DNA of 63,588 nt, filler included, from Octopus bimaculoides (GCF_001194135.2; 6 parts of 4 records of this genome joined end to end with filler, not necessarily neighbours in it), one strand, 5' to 3'; shown: positions 49,191 to 62,251, counted from the whole stretch's first letter. Translations and numbers: made by a program. The notes: generated from the letters alone by a model not told the origin.

Positions 49191-50315
49191 AGGTCCACTA
49201 AGCAATACAATTCAACCACTTACAAAAGAAGTTCTTTTCAGATTCTTTGAGAACTTAGATTACCATATTGTGCCAAGATTTAAGTGCTGCCCAAGCTTTA
49301 CTTGTGTTGATACTATTTTGTATGAGAAAAAAAAATTTGTTTCATTGAGTTTTTGGTTTGAAATTTTTAAATCTATGGAAATGCATGTTAAATAAATAAT
49401 GACTTTTTTTTACATAGGCACAGTCAAATATTTTGTGTGTGTTTTATGGGTATGAGTGCATAGTGGGTAGCCAATTAAGTAATCAAAGTAGTGCATTATG
49501 TTAGTTTAAAGAGTTTGAAAAAGCATGCTAATTCTGTTAACTTTAAATGCTGAGAAAATTTGCAGAATTTCCAACACATGTTTACAAAGATAAACAATGT
49601 AAACTGTTAGCTGACAAAATCTATCCAACCAATGCTAGAATGTTGATGCAAAGGTAATAATTAACTCCACAATTAGGTGCAATTTAGGTAAGAAATTTAG
49701 CCTAGATTAAAGTTTTATTGGATTTAAATTCTAATACGATTTATACTTAAAATAAGACTCAAGTTATAACTGACACTCTACTTATTATATATGTCATGGC
49801 AATGTTCAGTTTAATATACGTAATAAGATATATCCGCTGGCTTTTATGATCCAAACGAATTTTGGTTTCAGATAACAATGTATGATTTATTTTAAACGTT
49901 GCTTTCTAATGAATTTCACTTTTTCATATCAAATAGCTTTCAATATCAACCTAGTTACAGAATGACAGACTTTGTTCCTACTGCAGACTGCTTTAGAAAA
50001 AGTTGTTTAAAAAACAAAAACAATTGATGACTCATACAATGTAACAAAGTCAAAGGAAGCATGGGCTAACATTTTTTCTTAAATACACTGAATACATAGT
50101 GTTTTAAACCTTATCTTAATATGAAATATTTCTTTATGGACCACCCATGAACACGTATGTGTGTGTGCTTGTGTGTATCTTTGTGCTTGTGTGCATGTGT
50201 ATAGATACTTAAATATACTTATTTATATAACTAAGCACAGATGCATATATGTGTGTTCATATATATCTGTCTATCTATACACACACAGGTTCACACACTC
50301 ACAGATATGTGTGTG

Positions 50316-50352
<37 letters not shown>

Positions 50353-50479
50353 CCCCCCTCTACATTGAGAAGTATGTGTGTACACACACATGCATGCACA
50401 CTTATACATATATGAGTGCATGTACATATATATATATATATTACCTGTAGTAGTCAGACTATCAGCTGTCGTACACTTG

Positions 50480-50800
50480 CTGGTCACAATGGAATTCCAA
50501 TTTTTTTTTTCCCGATTGCACCCTTCTTTTCCAACTTAGCCCAAATCATTTAATTAAATCATTTTCCCATTCAGTGGCTTTTTTTTTCAATCTCTTGGAG
50601 ATCACTCTGCAACTGCACAGGTCCACCTGTTGTTTGTGGACTTTGCACTTGTACTTTCAGTAGTCTGTGGTTATGATCACATTATTCCCTCTGCTCTATT
50701 CTTGGATTTTCTCATGTTGGATATATTGTTACAAAGATATTCCTAGCCTGGTTCTTCCCATGAACCTTTGCATTGTAGCCGATTGATGTTCTTTCCCTTT
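50480..50800 (-). mobile_element. CR1/L2-type RT relic
   Basis: Minus strand QLQSDLQEIEKKATEW. Confidence 0.5.
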
Positions 50801-51489
50801 TGTTGCAATTCATGTCTTGTTTACATGTAATAGTGCAGGTAGGATGGTGCCATTTAAAAGACTGGCATATAAAGTCTTATCCAGCTTTGCTTTGAACACA
50901 TCTTTTATCAAGATAAACATCTTCCATCCTGTGTTTGGTGAATGTTTAATGAAAGAATGGTGTGTGTGTGTGTGTGTGTGTATTTGTGTGTGTGTTTGTT
51001 TACATCCCTCTTAGTGATTTGGTGAAAGAAGAGCAATAGAATGAGTACTAGGCGTAGAACAAGAAATAAGTACTAGGGTCAATTTGTTCAACTAAACCCT
51101 TCAAGGCAGTGTAATGACTGATACAGATAGTGTGTGTGTGTGTGTATGCATATATATATTGCATGTATGCATATATATCTAAAAATGTTTTTAGAAAAAC
51201 TTTTGATACAGCCACAATAATTGAAGAATGATTTTATTGAATTAAAAATTATTAAATATTTTAAAAATTATTTAAAAATAATATTTTATGAAACTTACTG
51301 AAGGAAGTGTCTTTACACTAGAGATAAGTTGTAACAGCCTGATTTTCTTTAATTACAAAAAAAAAAAAAAAAAAAAAAAAAAAANNNNNNNNNNNNNNNN
51401 NNNNNNNNNNNNNNNNNNNNNNNNNNNNNNNNNNNNNNNNNNNNNNNNNNNNNNNNNNNNNNNNNTTACTTTTATTGTTTAAAAAAAAA

Positions 51490-52560
51490 AAAAAAAAATA
51501 ATAAAACAGTCATCCAGGAATATTTTCTAGTTTCTTATAAACAAGATTGGAAATGCTGATCAAAATAATCCCAAATTGGGCTTAATTGTTTTTTTCCTTC
51601 AAAGAATCCCGTCACTAGTGTTATAAATTTAGGTGAAACTTTCATTCCTATTGCCATCCCTTAATTTCAAGGTAATATTAGTTATCAAAGAAATATTTTT
51701 CTAGGATCAATCATAACCCTTCTTGTGTATATTCTTTTGGGAATCTCTCCTGAATTCAGGATGAGTATTAATCTATCCAGAATTCTACTGCTTCCAGTAC
51801 TAATCCATGGGAGATATTTGTGTAGAGACTGGTCTCATTGAAACTACCCAGTATCATCTTGTATGATTTACTCTTTCTGAAATATGGTTTAGGAAGTCCA
51901 TGTCATCTCTTATAAAACTAGAAAGCAATTTGCACAATGGTTTCAGAATTATGTTCAATAAATTGTTTAATCATTTGGGTACTAGATGTTAGTCCTGCAA
52001 TAATTGGGCATAATTTTAAATCAGATGGTTTCTCAAAATTAGTAAAGCAATATAACTCCTTATGTTAAACTGCTTTTAAATTTGTTTGTTAATTTACTAG
52101 TTTTGTTCATTGTTTGCTTATCTGCATTGGTCTCTAATTTTTTTTGTAAAAATGTTACTCATTTAGTTGTCCTAAGACCGTTTCCTTGTAAATCACTTAG
52201 TCCATTATTACAATAGCTTCTTCTTTGTCAGCTTCTTTAACGACTATGGAGGAGTCTTTCTGTAGACATTCCAGTGTCTTTTGCTCTTCATTTATAATAT
52301 CTGGTTTTATAAGATTTGCTGGAATATTTGAGTTTGCTGATCTTTCCAGACATATTATGTATTCCTGTCAGGGCTTACTCCTAATCAATAGAGGTTTAAA
52401 TCCCATTTTGTTTTTTACAAGTGATAAATCTTCATAGTCCTTGTTTTGGAATAACTCCCGTAGACATTATCAATACAATTTCTCAGTATCTTTTATTATA
52501 TCTGTTGTTTCAGGTTTGAAAGTTGATGCAAATTTAAGACCATATTCCAAAAGTTTTATT
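51490..52560 (-). mobile_element. Penelope-like retroelement RT relic
   Basis: Minus strand DSSIVVKEADKEEAIVIMD, KLCPIIAG, FNETSLYTNISHG, MAIGMKVSP (PLE RT motifs KxADKG, DVxSLYTNI, AMGxxxAP). Confidence 0.85.
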
Positions 52561-52567
52561 TCATATA

Positions 52568-52692
<125 letters not shown>

Positions 52693-53609
52693 GTGTTGTC
52701 ATCTAATGTTCATCTTCCATTCTTCCATACCAGTATGGTTTAGTTCTAGAGGATTTAATGAGTCAGACGAGTATAATGTTCCAGTATCTTCTTTGGCATG
52801 GTGCTTTTTTTCATAGCCCCAGCACTCATATGGTCTGGGAAAAATGAACAGGAACATGATTCTTGCTCTAGAGGAGATACACAGCTACTTTGTATTATAT
52901 AAGGTGGGGGTATTTGGATGGAGCCGGAAAGAGAGATATAAATGATGATGAGGTGTCAAAGTGTGCCCTTAAGGTATATGAAGGTGAATAGAAGAGAGTA
53001 AAAACAAGATCAGGAAGAGTGGATGAACTAAAATGCAAGAGTGTACGTGGTGTGGTTAAATATGGAGGTTGTGAACAGGGTGAATGTAGTTAATGGTGAG
53101 CAAAGGTGAAGAAGTGGTCAATGCTAATTATGAGTTGAAGGGTGGATAGGGGAGAAGATTTAATGACTATCAGTACAAAAAGGGTATGGGCAACGAAATA
53201 GTAATAGTACATTAAATATGAGAAGGAAGAGAGAAAGGGAGATGATGGATCAGTGCTTGGTTGGTAGATTGCAAGAGTATGTGAAAGTAAAAAAAAACAT
53301 ATGGTGATAGGGGTTAAGGGTCAGAAGTACACAGGAGTGAGTCAATAGGAAGTAGTTTTGGGGAGAGGGACAAATTTGGTAGCACAGAAGGGTGAGGCAC
53401 AATATGAAGAATGAAGGATGGTTACAAAAGTGGTTATGAGCAGGGGGAAGAGATAACTAGTAGCATAGAAAACGATGATGAAATAATGTGGTTCTGGTTT
53501 CATTTAATTCCAGTAGAATACTGCAGTAGTTTGGTGAGTGATGGCATTATCAGTGATAGAGAGATCACTGGTGGTGGAAAAAACATGACCGGTGGGGGAG
53601 GGGGACTGG

Positions 53610-54010
53610 GTCATGTGTGAGTTCATATTATGCTTCCAGAACCTTGGCTTCACTTTGATAGGCATTTCTTTTCAAACACCACATATTGCCTGTCATCTTG
53701 CTCCTTAGTCATCTCCTCCATGAAACTCGGAAGTTCTGAGATTTGCTTTTATTGCTTTGCCCTATATCTTTTTAGGTCTCCTCTTCCACATGCTTCATTC
53801 ATATTAAGTGATCATCACTTCTTTATACAGATGTCTTCATCCATTCCTACCACATCTATACCAGCCCAGCTCTCTTGTATACTACATATGATTCCTCTAA
53901 TGCCCAGTTTTCCTCTCAACATATCTGTACTTCCTTGTTCATACATGCTCGGCACACCCAGTAGATATGCTAGCTTCATTTCTGTCTAATCTTTGCATGT
54001 CCTGCATTAA
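53610..54010 (-). mobile_element. RTE LINE 3' ORF relic
   Basis: Minus strand LRGKLGIRGIICSIQE...MDEDICIKK..SLNMNEACGRG...EMTKEQDDRQYVVFEK. Confidence 0.8.
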
Positions 54011-54213
54011 GGGCTAATATCTCTCTACCTTGTATCATTGTGGGTTATACATAAGCATCATACAATCTAAGACAAAAGAATGTACAGATTGTGTGCTGAT
54101 GTAATGAGTTCCTTAATCTATGTTTATATTTGGATGCACAAGTGATATCAATTGGAGAAAGGAAAATAAGTGAATATTGAAAAATAAAAATCTAGGGGAT
54201 ATGAAGCTTCTTA

Positions 54214-54833
54214 GGATCTAGTTCAAAACGGGGGCACCAGTTTTCATATATGTTTTATGTAGTGTTTTTTGTACCGAAAGACTTTCAAACTTCGTATACT
54301 TATCTATTTTGTGTTATAGAACAGAAAAAATTTTTTGTATTCGGAGTTATTTCATGTAAAAAATTGTCTTATTTCGATAATTTCAACCAATCACTGACAA
54401 GTATTCAGCTGTTTATACTTACTCCTTTGGCAATTTAAGCGGTGTAAAGCGTATTTAATCTCCATTTATAATTTCGTTAACATCTGCCTGAACTGTATGA
54501 AAGGTTTATTAGCTACTGCCTAACCCTAACCCTACTGCCAATATGCTTCAGCCATTTTTTGACAAGGAAATAATAATTTTATCACCGCCAGAATTGTTTG
54601 ATAATCATTTGTTTACGTAGTCAGCACTTAACTGTATTCGACTAAATGGACGTCGGTCATTGGTTGAAATTACAGAAATACGACAACTTTAACATGAAAT
54701 AACTTGCGATGTACGTTTTTTTGTTAAGAAGACTAAGAGAAAAAGATGTTTTATATGACACATTGTACCAGTGTCCCAAGTTTCAAAGTGTTTCGTTAAG
54801 AAAATACTGGTGCTCCCGTTTTGAACTAGATCC
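54214..54833. mobile_element. 620-bp non-autonomous TIR transposon with an 8-bp TSD
   Basis: 28-bp TIRs GGATCTAGTTCAAAACGGG(G/A)GCACCAGT (27/28 identical); TSD GCTTCTTA at 54206-54213 and 54834-54841. Confidence 0.93.
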
Positions 54834-55589
54834 GCTTCTTATTATTTCTCCTTAGATATAAAAATATAGAGTGGTTGTTTCCTTTTAAAATCTCAGGGGA
54901 GAAAAAACAACAAACTAAATTTGACAAAGGAAAAGTGATACTTAGAGAATAAAAGTGTTTCCAACAAAATTGTTAGTTTGTTCATGGATCAAGTTTATTA
55001 TCAATTTACAATAAGCTGCCAAAAGTTTAGTGGTACTTTGTATTTGAAACAATTCTGTTAACCATTACTAAATTAGGAAGTTTAAAATTTCGAATTGATG
55101 TAAACATTATACGTAATAATTTGAAAGAGTAAAGAACACTAGAAATGTTTTAATGGAACTGAATCCACATAACTACTACTGATTACATTACAGTACACCT
55201 GCTAATATATATCTGTGTGTATATATGTGTATAATTGTGTGTATATGTGTGTTTGTGTATGTAGATCAGTGTATACATACACACATATGCATGTATGTGT
55301 GAATATATGTGTATATACATGTGTTTGTGTGTGTATATATTTCTTATCTTTTCTTTCAGTCATTAGAATGTGGCCATGTAAGAGCACTGCCTTGAAGAAT
55401 TTTAGTCAAACAAATCTACCCCAGTACTTGTATGTATAAACACACATAAAAATGAATATATAAATATGCACACACACACACACACACACACATTTTGTCC
55501 CAAACAAAACTTTTATAATTTTTTTTTGTATCTTTCTGTACATAACTTCTGGTTTGGTTTCTATCTCCCCTTCTCTTTCTCCCTTTGTG

Positions 55590-55725
55590 TCTGTCTGTCT
55601 GTGTAACTTAGCCGTTCGGCAAAAGAAACCAATAGAGTAAGTACTAGGCTTACAAAGAATAAGTTCTGTGATCGATTTCGACTAAAGGTGGTGCTCCAGC
55701 ATGGTCACATTCAAATGACTGAAAC
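55590..55725 (+). mobile_element. SINE 3' half (family D); decayed relative at about 51015-51125
   Basis: AATAGAGTAAGTACTAGGCTTACAAAGAATAAG...CGACTAAAGGTGGTGCTCCAGCATGG...AATGACTGAAAC. Confidence 0.8.
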
Positions 55726-56291
55726 TATATATATATATATATATACACCATATATTTTGGTTTATAAAGCAACCTACAGATAAGACGACCCAAAAAGCTG
55801 AGTAAATGTTCATGACTTTAGTTAATATCTGAGGTATAAGACAACCTTTAAAATACGAAACTCACCAAAGTTTAAGGATAGCCTAAGCAACAGTGTAAAA
55901 GTTACTATATCATGTAATCTTCCGGGTATCAATTAAAGCCAATGTTATTAGAAATGTTATTTCACTTATCATATCCTTGAAAGTTAAGACATGAAACAAT
56001 ATATAGTATTCACATAAATTTGTATAAGATGATGAAACAGATTCTTTCTTTAATGCTATCAATCGTAATGTCGTAAATAAAGGTGCGTTCATGTGGCTGA
56101 ACTATATAAAACGTTCAAAGCAGCTGACAACTGACGAGCTCATTATATCAACAAACAGCTTTCTTCTTCTGTTTAAGGCACTTCAACTACAAAGGTAGTT
56201 TTCACTTCTTTTTCTTTCTAATTCACTCTGTTCTTGGCTTTCCTACCAACCAGATACAATTCTTTAAATATTTTTTATACTCAACCTACCC

Positions 56292-57195
56292 AAACGAAGA
56301 AAATGTGAATCAAGTTTTAACCCTTTAGCATTTAAACCGGCCATATCCGGCCAAAAATATTCTGCCTGTTTTATGTTCAAACTGGCCAGATCTGGTCTCT
56401 CACACCAACCCTACAATATTGTTTTAAAAATTAACAGCTACCTCATCGAAATCTCATAGATACAAGATAATGCATGATTAGTTCAAAACAATGTGGATGA
56501 AAAAGCATTAATTTTGGCAGAATAATGTGAACACTAAAGGGTTAAACTGAAAGTTATTGAAGTTGCCAAGGCATCTACCAACTGTACTGCAGCGAGAACA
56601 TTTGATGTGACTGAGAAGATGGTAAGAGATTGGAGAAATAATGAAGATAACTTAAGAAACATGCCAAAAGACAGAGTTTACGGTCGTATTATCGTGCATG
56701 GCTAATGGAACGAAACCGAAACCCATGATTATTTTTAAGTGAAAAACTAAGCCTAAAATAAATTTTCCTTCTGGAGTATTTGTTCATTTTCACAAAAAAA
56801 TGATGGACTGATGAGAATGGTGTAAAATTGTGGGTAGAAAATATTTGGAGCAGACGTCTGGGTGGAATAGAAAAGGAAAGTCTATTGGTTGGGGATATGT
56901 TTCGTTGCCACATAACAGAGAACACTAAGGCCAGATTATCATGAAATAATACTGAAATTGCAGTTATACCTGGTGGTCTGACCTCTTTACTGCAGCCACT
57001 AGACGTCACTCTAAACAAACCATTTAAAGATAATGTGAGAGTGAAATGGAGTAATTGGATGTTTTGTGTGAGTTTGTTATAAAGGCATGGGGAAACATGA
57101 AGAAAGAAAGTATAGTGAAATCATTCAGAAAATGCGGTATCTCTAATGCAATGGATGGCACAGAGGATAATATGCTGTATGAGAGTGAAGATGAA
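56292..57195 (+). mobile_element. pogo/Tigger transposase relic (N-terminal HTH plus DDE_1), internally deleted, interrupted by the MITE
   Basis: KRRK..SFKLKVIEVA...AARTFDVTEKMVRDWR; FTVVLSCMANGTKPKPMIIFK; AVIPGGLTSLLQPLDVTLNKPFK; KSFRKCGISNAMDGTED. Confidence 0.92.
56321..56541. mobile_element. piggyBac-type MITE, 221 bp, TTAA TSD
   Basis: TTAA|CCCTTTAG...CTAAAGGG|TTAA. Confidence 0.92.
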
Positions 57196-57199
57196 ACCA

Positions 57200-57415
57200 G
57201 AGTCGACTGGAGAGCTGCACCAGGCTCCTGTACATCTTGGCTTGGCTTGTACAACTGGACACTCTTCCTAATGCCAACCACTGCACAGAGTGTACTGACT
57301 GTCTTTTGTGTGTCACCAGCATGAGTACCTTTTGCATGTCACTGGCATGGGTGCCTTATGCATGTCGCCTGTACAGATGCCTTATGCAGGTCACCAGTAC
57401 AAGTGCCTGCCATAG
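57200..57415 (-). mobile_element. SINE internal fragment carrying four about 26-bp tandem units
   Basis: GCTGCACCAGGCTCC...CTTCCTAATGCCAACCAC, then GTCACCAGCATGAGTACCTTT-like units from about 57313 to 57412. Confidence 0.65.
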
Positions 57416-57504
57416 TTAGAGATCAGCACTCCCTTATTCAGCTATCCTCATCCATGCACATCACATGACCATACCAGCACAATAGGTACATGTATCAACT
57501 CTCT

Positions 57505-57540
57505 TCCCTCTCCTCTTCCCTCTCCTCTTCCCTCTCACAC
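57505..57540. repeat. 12-bp repeat CTCTTCCCTCTC x3
   Basis: Direct reading. Confidence 0.85.
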
Positions 57541-58245
57541 TTGTATGTATATCTTTATATAGAAACAGATGTGTTAAGTATGCAACATATTACCACATAA
57601 AGTTGTGGCTCAGAATTCAAGCTATGATAATCTCCTGTAGCAATATGATAGATCTAGTGGTGAATCAGTACAGATTCCTACATAGTGGAAAGAGTCACAA
57701 TTTATTTAAAAGAATAACCAGAGAGCAGGTTGTTGGTATTCCAATTAGTCTCTTCCCGAAGAAAGCACCCAACTACTGCTTTTCCATGATAGTAGTGTCT
57801 AGATTATATATAGGAAGAGCTCATCACAGTGGAATAAAGTGTGCAATGGTGAGCAGCAAGGTTCAAATTTATGACTTACATTTTTATTCTTAATACATTC
57901 TGGCAAATTCAAATGTTGTTGTGCTCGTCACAGGAGAATAGCTTCTCTTTTATGATGGATATGTGTTCATAACACAATTCATTTCTTAGTAGAAAGGATT
58001 CTGGGACATCAGTGCTTCAGCATGTTTCGTGTCAGCCAGAAACACATGCAAACTAATGAATGTGTTGGTTCTCTTTAAAATTTCAGTGAATGAATTGTTT
58101 ACTAAGCTTGCTATGTTTGTTTATGTCAGTATATGTATGTATATATGTATGTGCATGTGTGTGTGTATGTATATATATGTGTGCGTGTGTATGTAGATGT
58201 GTATGTGTGTGTGTATATATACACATATATGTATATATATGTATA

Positions 58246-58296
<51 letters not shown>

Positions 58297-58396
58297 NNNN
58301 NNNNNNNNNNNNNNNNNNNNNNNNNNNNNNNNNNNNNNNNTTAATTAATTAANNNNNNNNNNNNNNNNNNNNNNNNNNNNNNNNNNNNNNNNNNNN

Positions 58397-58630
58397 TGTA
58401 CTCTTTCACCACAACTTTCTCTCACTCTTACTTCCTGTTTCTGTTGTGCCTGTTATTCAAAAGGGCCAGCCTTGTCACACTGTGTCACGCTGAATATCTC
58501 CGAGAACTACGTTAAGGGTGCACATGTCTGTGGAGTGCTCAGCCACATGCACGTTAATTTCATGAGCAGGCTGTTCCGTTGATCGCATCAACTGGAACCC
58601 TCGACGTCGTAAGCGATGGAGTGCCAACAC
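58397..58630 (+). mobile_element. SINE family A, 3' half
   Basis: CTTGTCACACTGTGTCACGCTGAAT...GAGCAGGCTGTTCCGTTGATC...CCCTCGACGTCGTAAGCGA; nearly identical end at 61847-61935. Confidence 0.88.
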
Positions 58631-59019
58631 ATATATGTGTGTGTGTATGTAAGAGTTAATATAATGTATCACTGTATTCGTAATGCGTTCTGAGAGATTC
58701 GATCAGGGAAATTTGGGGTCACTGTTGTTTATTGTCACGTTTGTGCTCATAAAATATGTGATTCACCGGTGTATGGAGACTTCAAGACATCGCGTTATTT
58801 TTTTGACTGTGCTGTATGCTTACTCAGTGAAAGCTACCCGGCCGGGCTGATCAGGCATTCACACCCGAGTATGGTAGAACGTGCGAAGAATGAATATATA
58901 TATATATGCTATTGTTTGTGCTCACATTGTTCTTTTGCGTGCACTCTACGATTTATATGTTAGGTATATGAACACGAGCGAGGGCGCGCGTACACATACG
59001 CACCAACGTATGCACGCAT

Positions 59020-59063
<44 letters not shown>

Positions 59064-59173
59064 GCACACACAGATACGCTTATATCAAAATAGAAAACAG
59101 GACTTCATTACGTGTCCTAGTAGAATTTTGAACCCAGACCTGGCTTCTTATTCATAAGGGTTTATTTTTGCTG

Positions 59174-59175
<2 letters not shown>

Positions 59176-59238
<63 letters not shown>
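59176..59238. repeat. (TTA)n microsatellite
   Basis: Direct reading. Confidence 0.95.
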
Positions 59239-59379
59239 TATTCAAGGTACTTCCTGGAATTGAACTCTTGGAGTTAGTATCCCACAATCTTAGCCATCAC
59301 GTTATATGCCCGTGGGCAATTATAGAGTGAATTTTAGGGTTTATAATAATAATAATTATTATTATTATAACAACATCAG

Positions 59380-59500
59380 CGAAAAATACCTTAGGAATGA
59401 GAGGTTGCGTTCAAAACTCTACCAGGACACCTGTTGTTGGCTGGAGAATAAATCAGCCGAAACGTTGTGGTAAAACCAAACAAGATGATGATACACATCC
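59380..59500 (+). mobile_element. Penelope-like terminal fragment with a decayed hammerhead motif
   Basis: CAC-CTGTTGT-T-GGCTGG-AGAATAAA-TCAGCC-GAAAC-GTT-GTG. Confidence 0.55.
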
Positions 59501-60721
59501 TTCTACCATATCTGTTTAACTTCCCTGTTGCGCTCACACTGAATTGTTATTTTCCTAGCAATGTTCCACCAGAATTCTTTATTTCCGGTTCTGATATGAC
59601 TTTCTTATAACCGTCAGGAGAATCTTCCTGCGTATACCATTATAGAGCGTCTTAGTGACAATGTCATATCTCATGGAAAGGTAGAATCTTCTGTATATTT
59701 TCTGATAGCTACAGATGATATGTACGTATGTATATATGTTTGTGGGTATCTTCTGGAGGTGTTATTCATGTTATTTTTACTTTGTATTTGTCTTTTATTT
59801 TGAAAATTCAATCTGGCCTACAAGTCTCAAGACTCTTTTATTTCAGTTAAGTTTGAATCGGTTCCTCTGTGTGTATATATAAATATATACATATACATAT
59901 ATAAATATACATATATATATATCCATACAAATATATNNNNNNNNNNNNNNNNNNNNNNNNNNNNNNNNNNNNNNNNNNNNNNNNNNNNNNNNNNNNNNNN
60001 NNNNNNNNNNNNNNNNNNNNNNNNNNNNNNNNNNNNNNNNNNNNNNNNNNNNNNNNNNNNNNNNNNNNNNNNNNNNNNNNNNNNNNNNNNNNNNNNNNNN
60101 NNNNNNNNNNNNNNNNNNNNNNNNNNNNNNNNNNNNNNNNNNNNNNNNNNNNNNNNNNNNNNNNNNNNNNNNNNNNNNNNNNNNNNNNNNNNNNNNNNNN
60201 NNNNNNNNNNNNNNNNNNNNNNNNNNNNNNNNNNNNNNNNNNNNNNNNNNNNNNNNNNNNNNNNNNNNNNNNNNNNNNNNNNNNNNNNNNNNNNNNNNNN
60301 NNNNNNNNNNNNNNNNNNNNNNNNNNNNNNNNNNNNNNNNNNNNNNNNNNNNNNNNNNNNNNNNNNNNNNNNNNNNNNNNNNNNNNNNNNNNNNNNNNNN
60401 NNNNNNNNNNNNNNNNNNNNNNNNNNNNNNNNNNNNNNNNNNNNNNNNNNNNNNNNNNNNNNNNNNNNNNNNNNNNNNNNNNNNNNNNNNNNNNNNNNNN
60501 NNNNNNNNNNNNNNNNNNNNNNNNNNNNNNNNNNNNNNNNNNNNNNNNNNNNNNNNNNNNNNNNNNNNNNNNNNNNNNNNNNNNNNNNNNNNNNNNNNNN
60601 NNNNNNNNNNNNNNNNNNNNNNNNNNNNNNNNNNNNNNNNNNNNNNNNNNNNNNNNNNNNNNNNNNNNNNNNNNNNNNNNNNNNNNNNNNNNNNNNNNNN
60701 NNNNNNNNNNNNNNNNNNNNN

Positions 60722-60930
60722 GCTAAACATAGCGGGGACAGACAAGGACAGAGAAAGGGAATAAGTCGATTACATCGACCCCAATGCGTAACTGGTACTT
60801 ATTTAATCGTCCCTGAAAGGATGAAAGGCAAAGTCGACTTCGGCGGAATTTGAACTCAGAACGTAACGGCAGACGAAATAATGCTAAGCATTTCTCCCGG
60901 TGTGCTAATGATTCTGCCAGTTCGCCGCCT
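60722..60930 (-). mobile_element. SINE family B
   Basis: Closely matches 28470-28690. Confidence 0.9.
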
Positions 60931-61670
60931 TATACCAGCTAGCCGCCACAAGATTGCTGCCACAGTAGTGGTGAACAAACGCAGAAATGAAGATAAACAC
61001 ATAGGCATCTGTACGACGAGTTTCTTTCATTGTCCAGATCCACTCACAAGTATTTGGTCGCTCTGAGACAATAAGAAGATGTTTGCCCAAGCTGTGGTGC
61101 ACTGTATTTATCTTTTAAAAATAAATTGTGCGAAGACAGTATACAATAGGTTTATAGAGAAACTTCTGTGTCACCCTGCATAAAGGCCGGGTAACTGACA
61201 CACTAGCACAAAACGTGCAAGTAAGCAATTTTGCGTTTGGGTGAAAGTGAGTTTGAAAGAGAAAGAATCGATTATTAAATCATATACAAATAATAGAAGA
61301 ATCCAAACTGTGATGTGTATTCATTATCCAGAATATCACACACAAATGCAAAAGCTATCTTGCACACACTTAAACTACACATAAGCATGCATAAGTATAT
61401 GTAGGCAACCGTAAGCAAATAGATATCAAGAACAGGATAATGAATAAAATGAACTATCAATACATACATACATATAAATCTCTCTCTCTATCTCTTTCTC
61501 TCCTCCTATCTCTCGCTTTCTCTGTCTCTCTTGTGTGTGTATATAAATACATTCTGTTACAGTCTGTTAAAGTATGTCATACCGGCCATGATGAAATACC
61601 ACAAGGTATAGAAAATACGTACTCGCCTTTATATATTTAATCCTTTATATTGAACACTCAATATTTCATC

Positions 61671-61730
61671 TATTCAATAAGACATATTCCATATATTCAA
61701 TAAGACATATTCCATATATTCAATAAGACA
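61671..61730. repeat. 23-bp minisatellite TATTCAATAAGACATATTCCATA, about 2.6 copies
   Basis: Direct reading. Confidence 0.9.
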
Positions 61731-61846
61731 TTCAATACATTATTTCNNNNNNNNNNNNNNNNNNNNNNNNNNNNNNNNNNNNNNNNNNNNTTAATTAATT
61801 AANNNNNNNNNNNNNNNNNNNNNNNNNNNNNNNNNNNNNNNNNNNN

Positions 61847-61935
61847 TAATTTCACGAGCAGGCTGTTCCGTTGATCGGATCAACTGGAACCCTCGACGTC
61901 GTAAGCGACGGGGTGCCAACAACAACAACAACATG
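61847..61935 (+). mobile_element. SINE family A 3' end with (ACA)n tail
   Basis: Matches 58555-58630. Confidence 0.88.
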
Positions 61936-61937
61936 TA

Positions 61938-61970
<33 letters not shown>

Positions 61971-61984
61971 TGTGTGTGTTCAAT

Positions 61985-62120
61985 GCAACTACAGGATTGA
62001 CTTTGCGTTTCATCCTTTCGAGATTGATAAAATAAGGATCAGTTGAATACTGGGGTCGATGTAATCGACTTATACCCTTCCTCAAAATTACTGGCCTTGT
62101 GCCAAAATGTGAAACCAATT
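61985..62120 (+). mobile_element. SINE family B 3' fragment
   Basis: GACTTTGCGTTTCATCCTTTCG...CTGGGGTCGATGTAATCGACTT...TGGCCTTGTGCC. Confidence 0.8.
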
Positions 62121-62179
62121 TATATGTATTATAAATTAAATTATATATTATGCACTTTATTGTGTTTTGTTATGCGCGT

Positions 62180-62251
62180 GGTTCCCTGGTCCGTGGAGAA
62201 ATTGTCTTGCATAAAACCGGTCCGTGGTGCTAAAATGGTTGAGGGCCACTG
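62180..62251. mobile_element. hAT/Charlie (MER1-like) terminal fragment
   Basis: CCCTGGTCCGTGGAGAAATTGTCTTGCATAAAACCGGTCCGTGGTGCTAAAATGGTTGAGGGCCACTG resembles the MER1-type end. Confidence 0.65.

Noticed and set aside
61671-61730. Direct repeats as a possible CRISPR-like array
   Set aside because: Contiguous minisatellite without spacers, in a eukaryotic genome.
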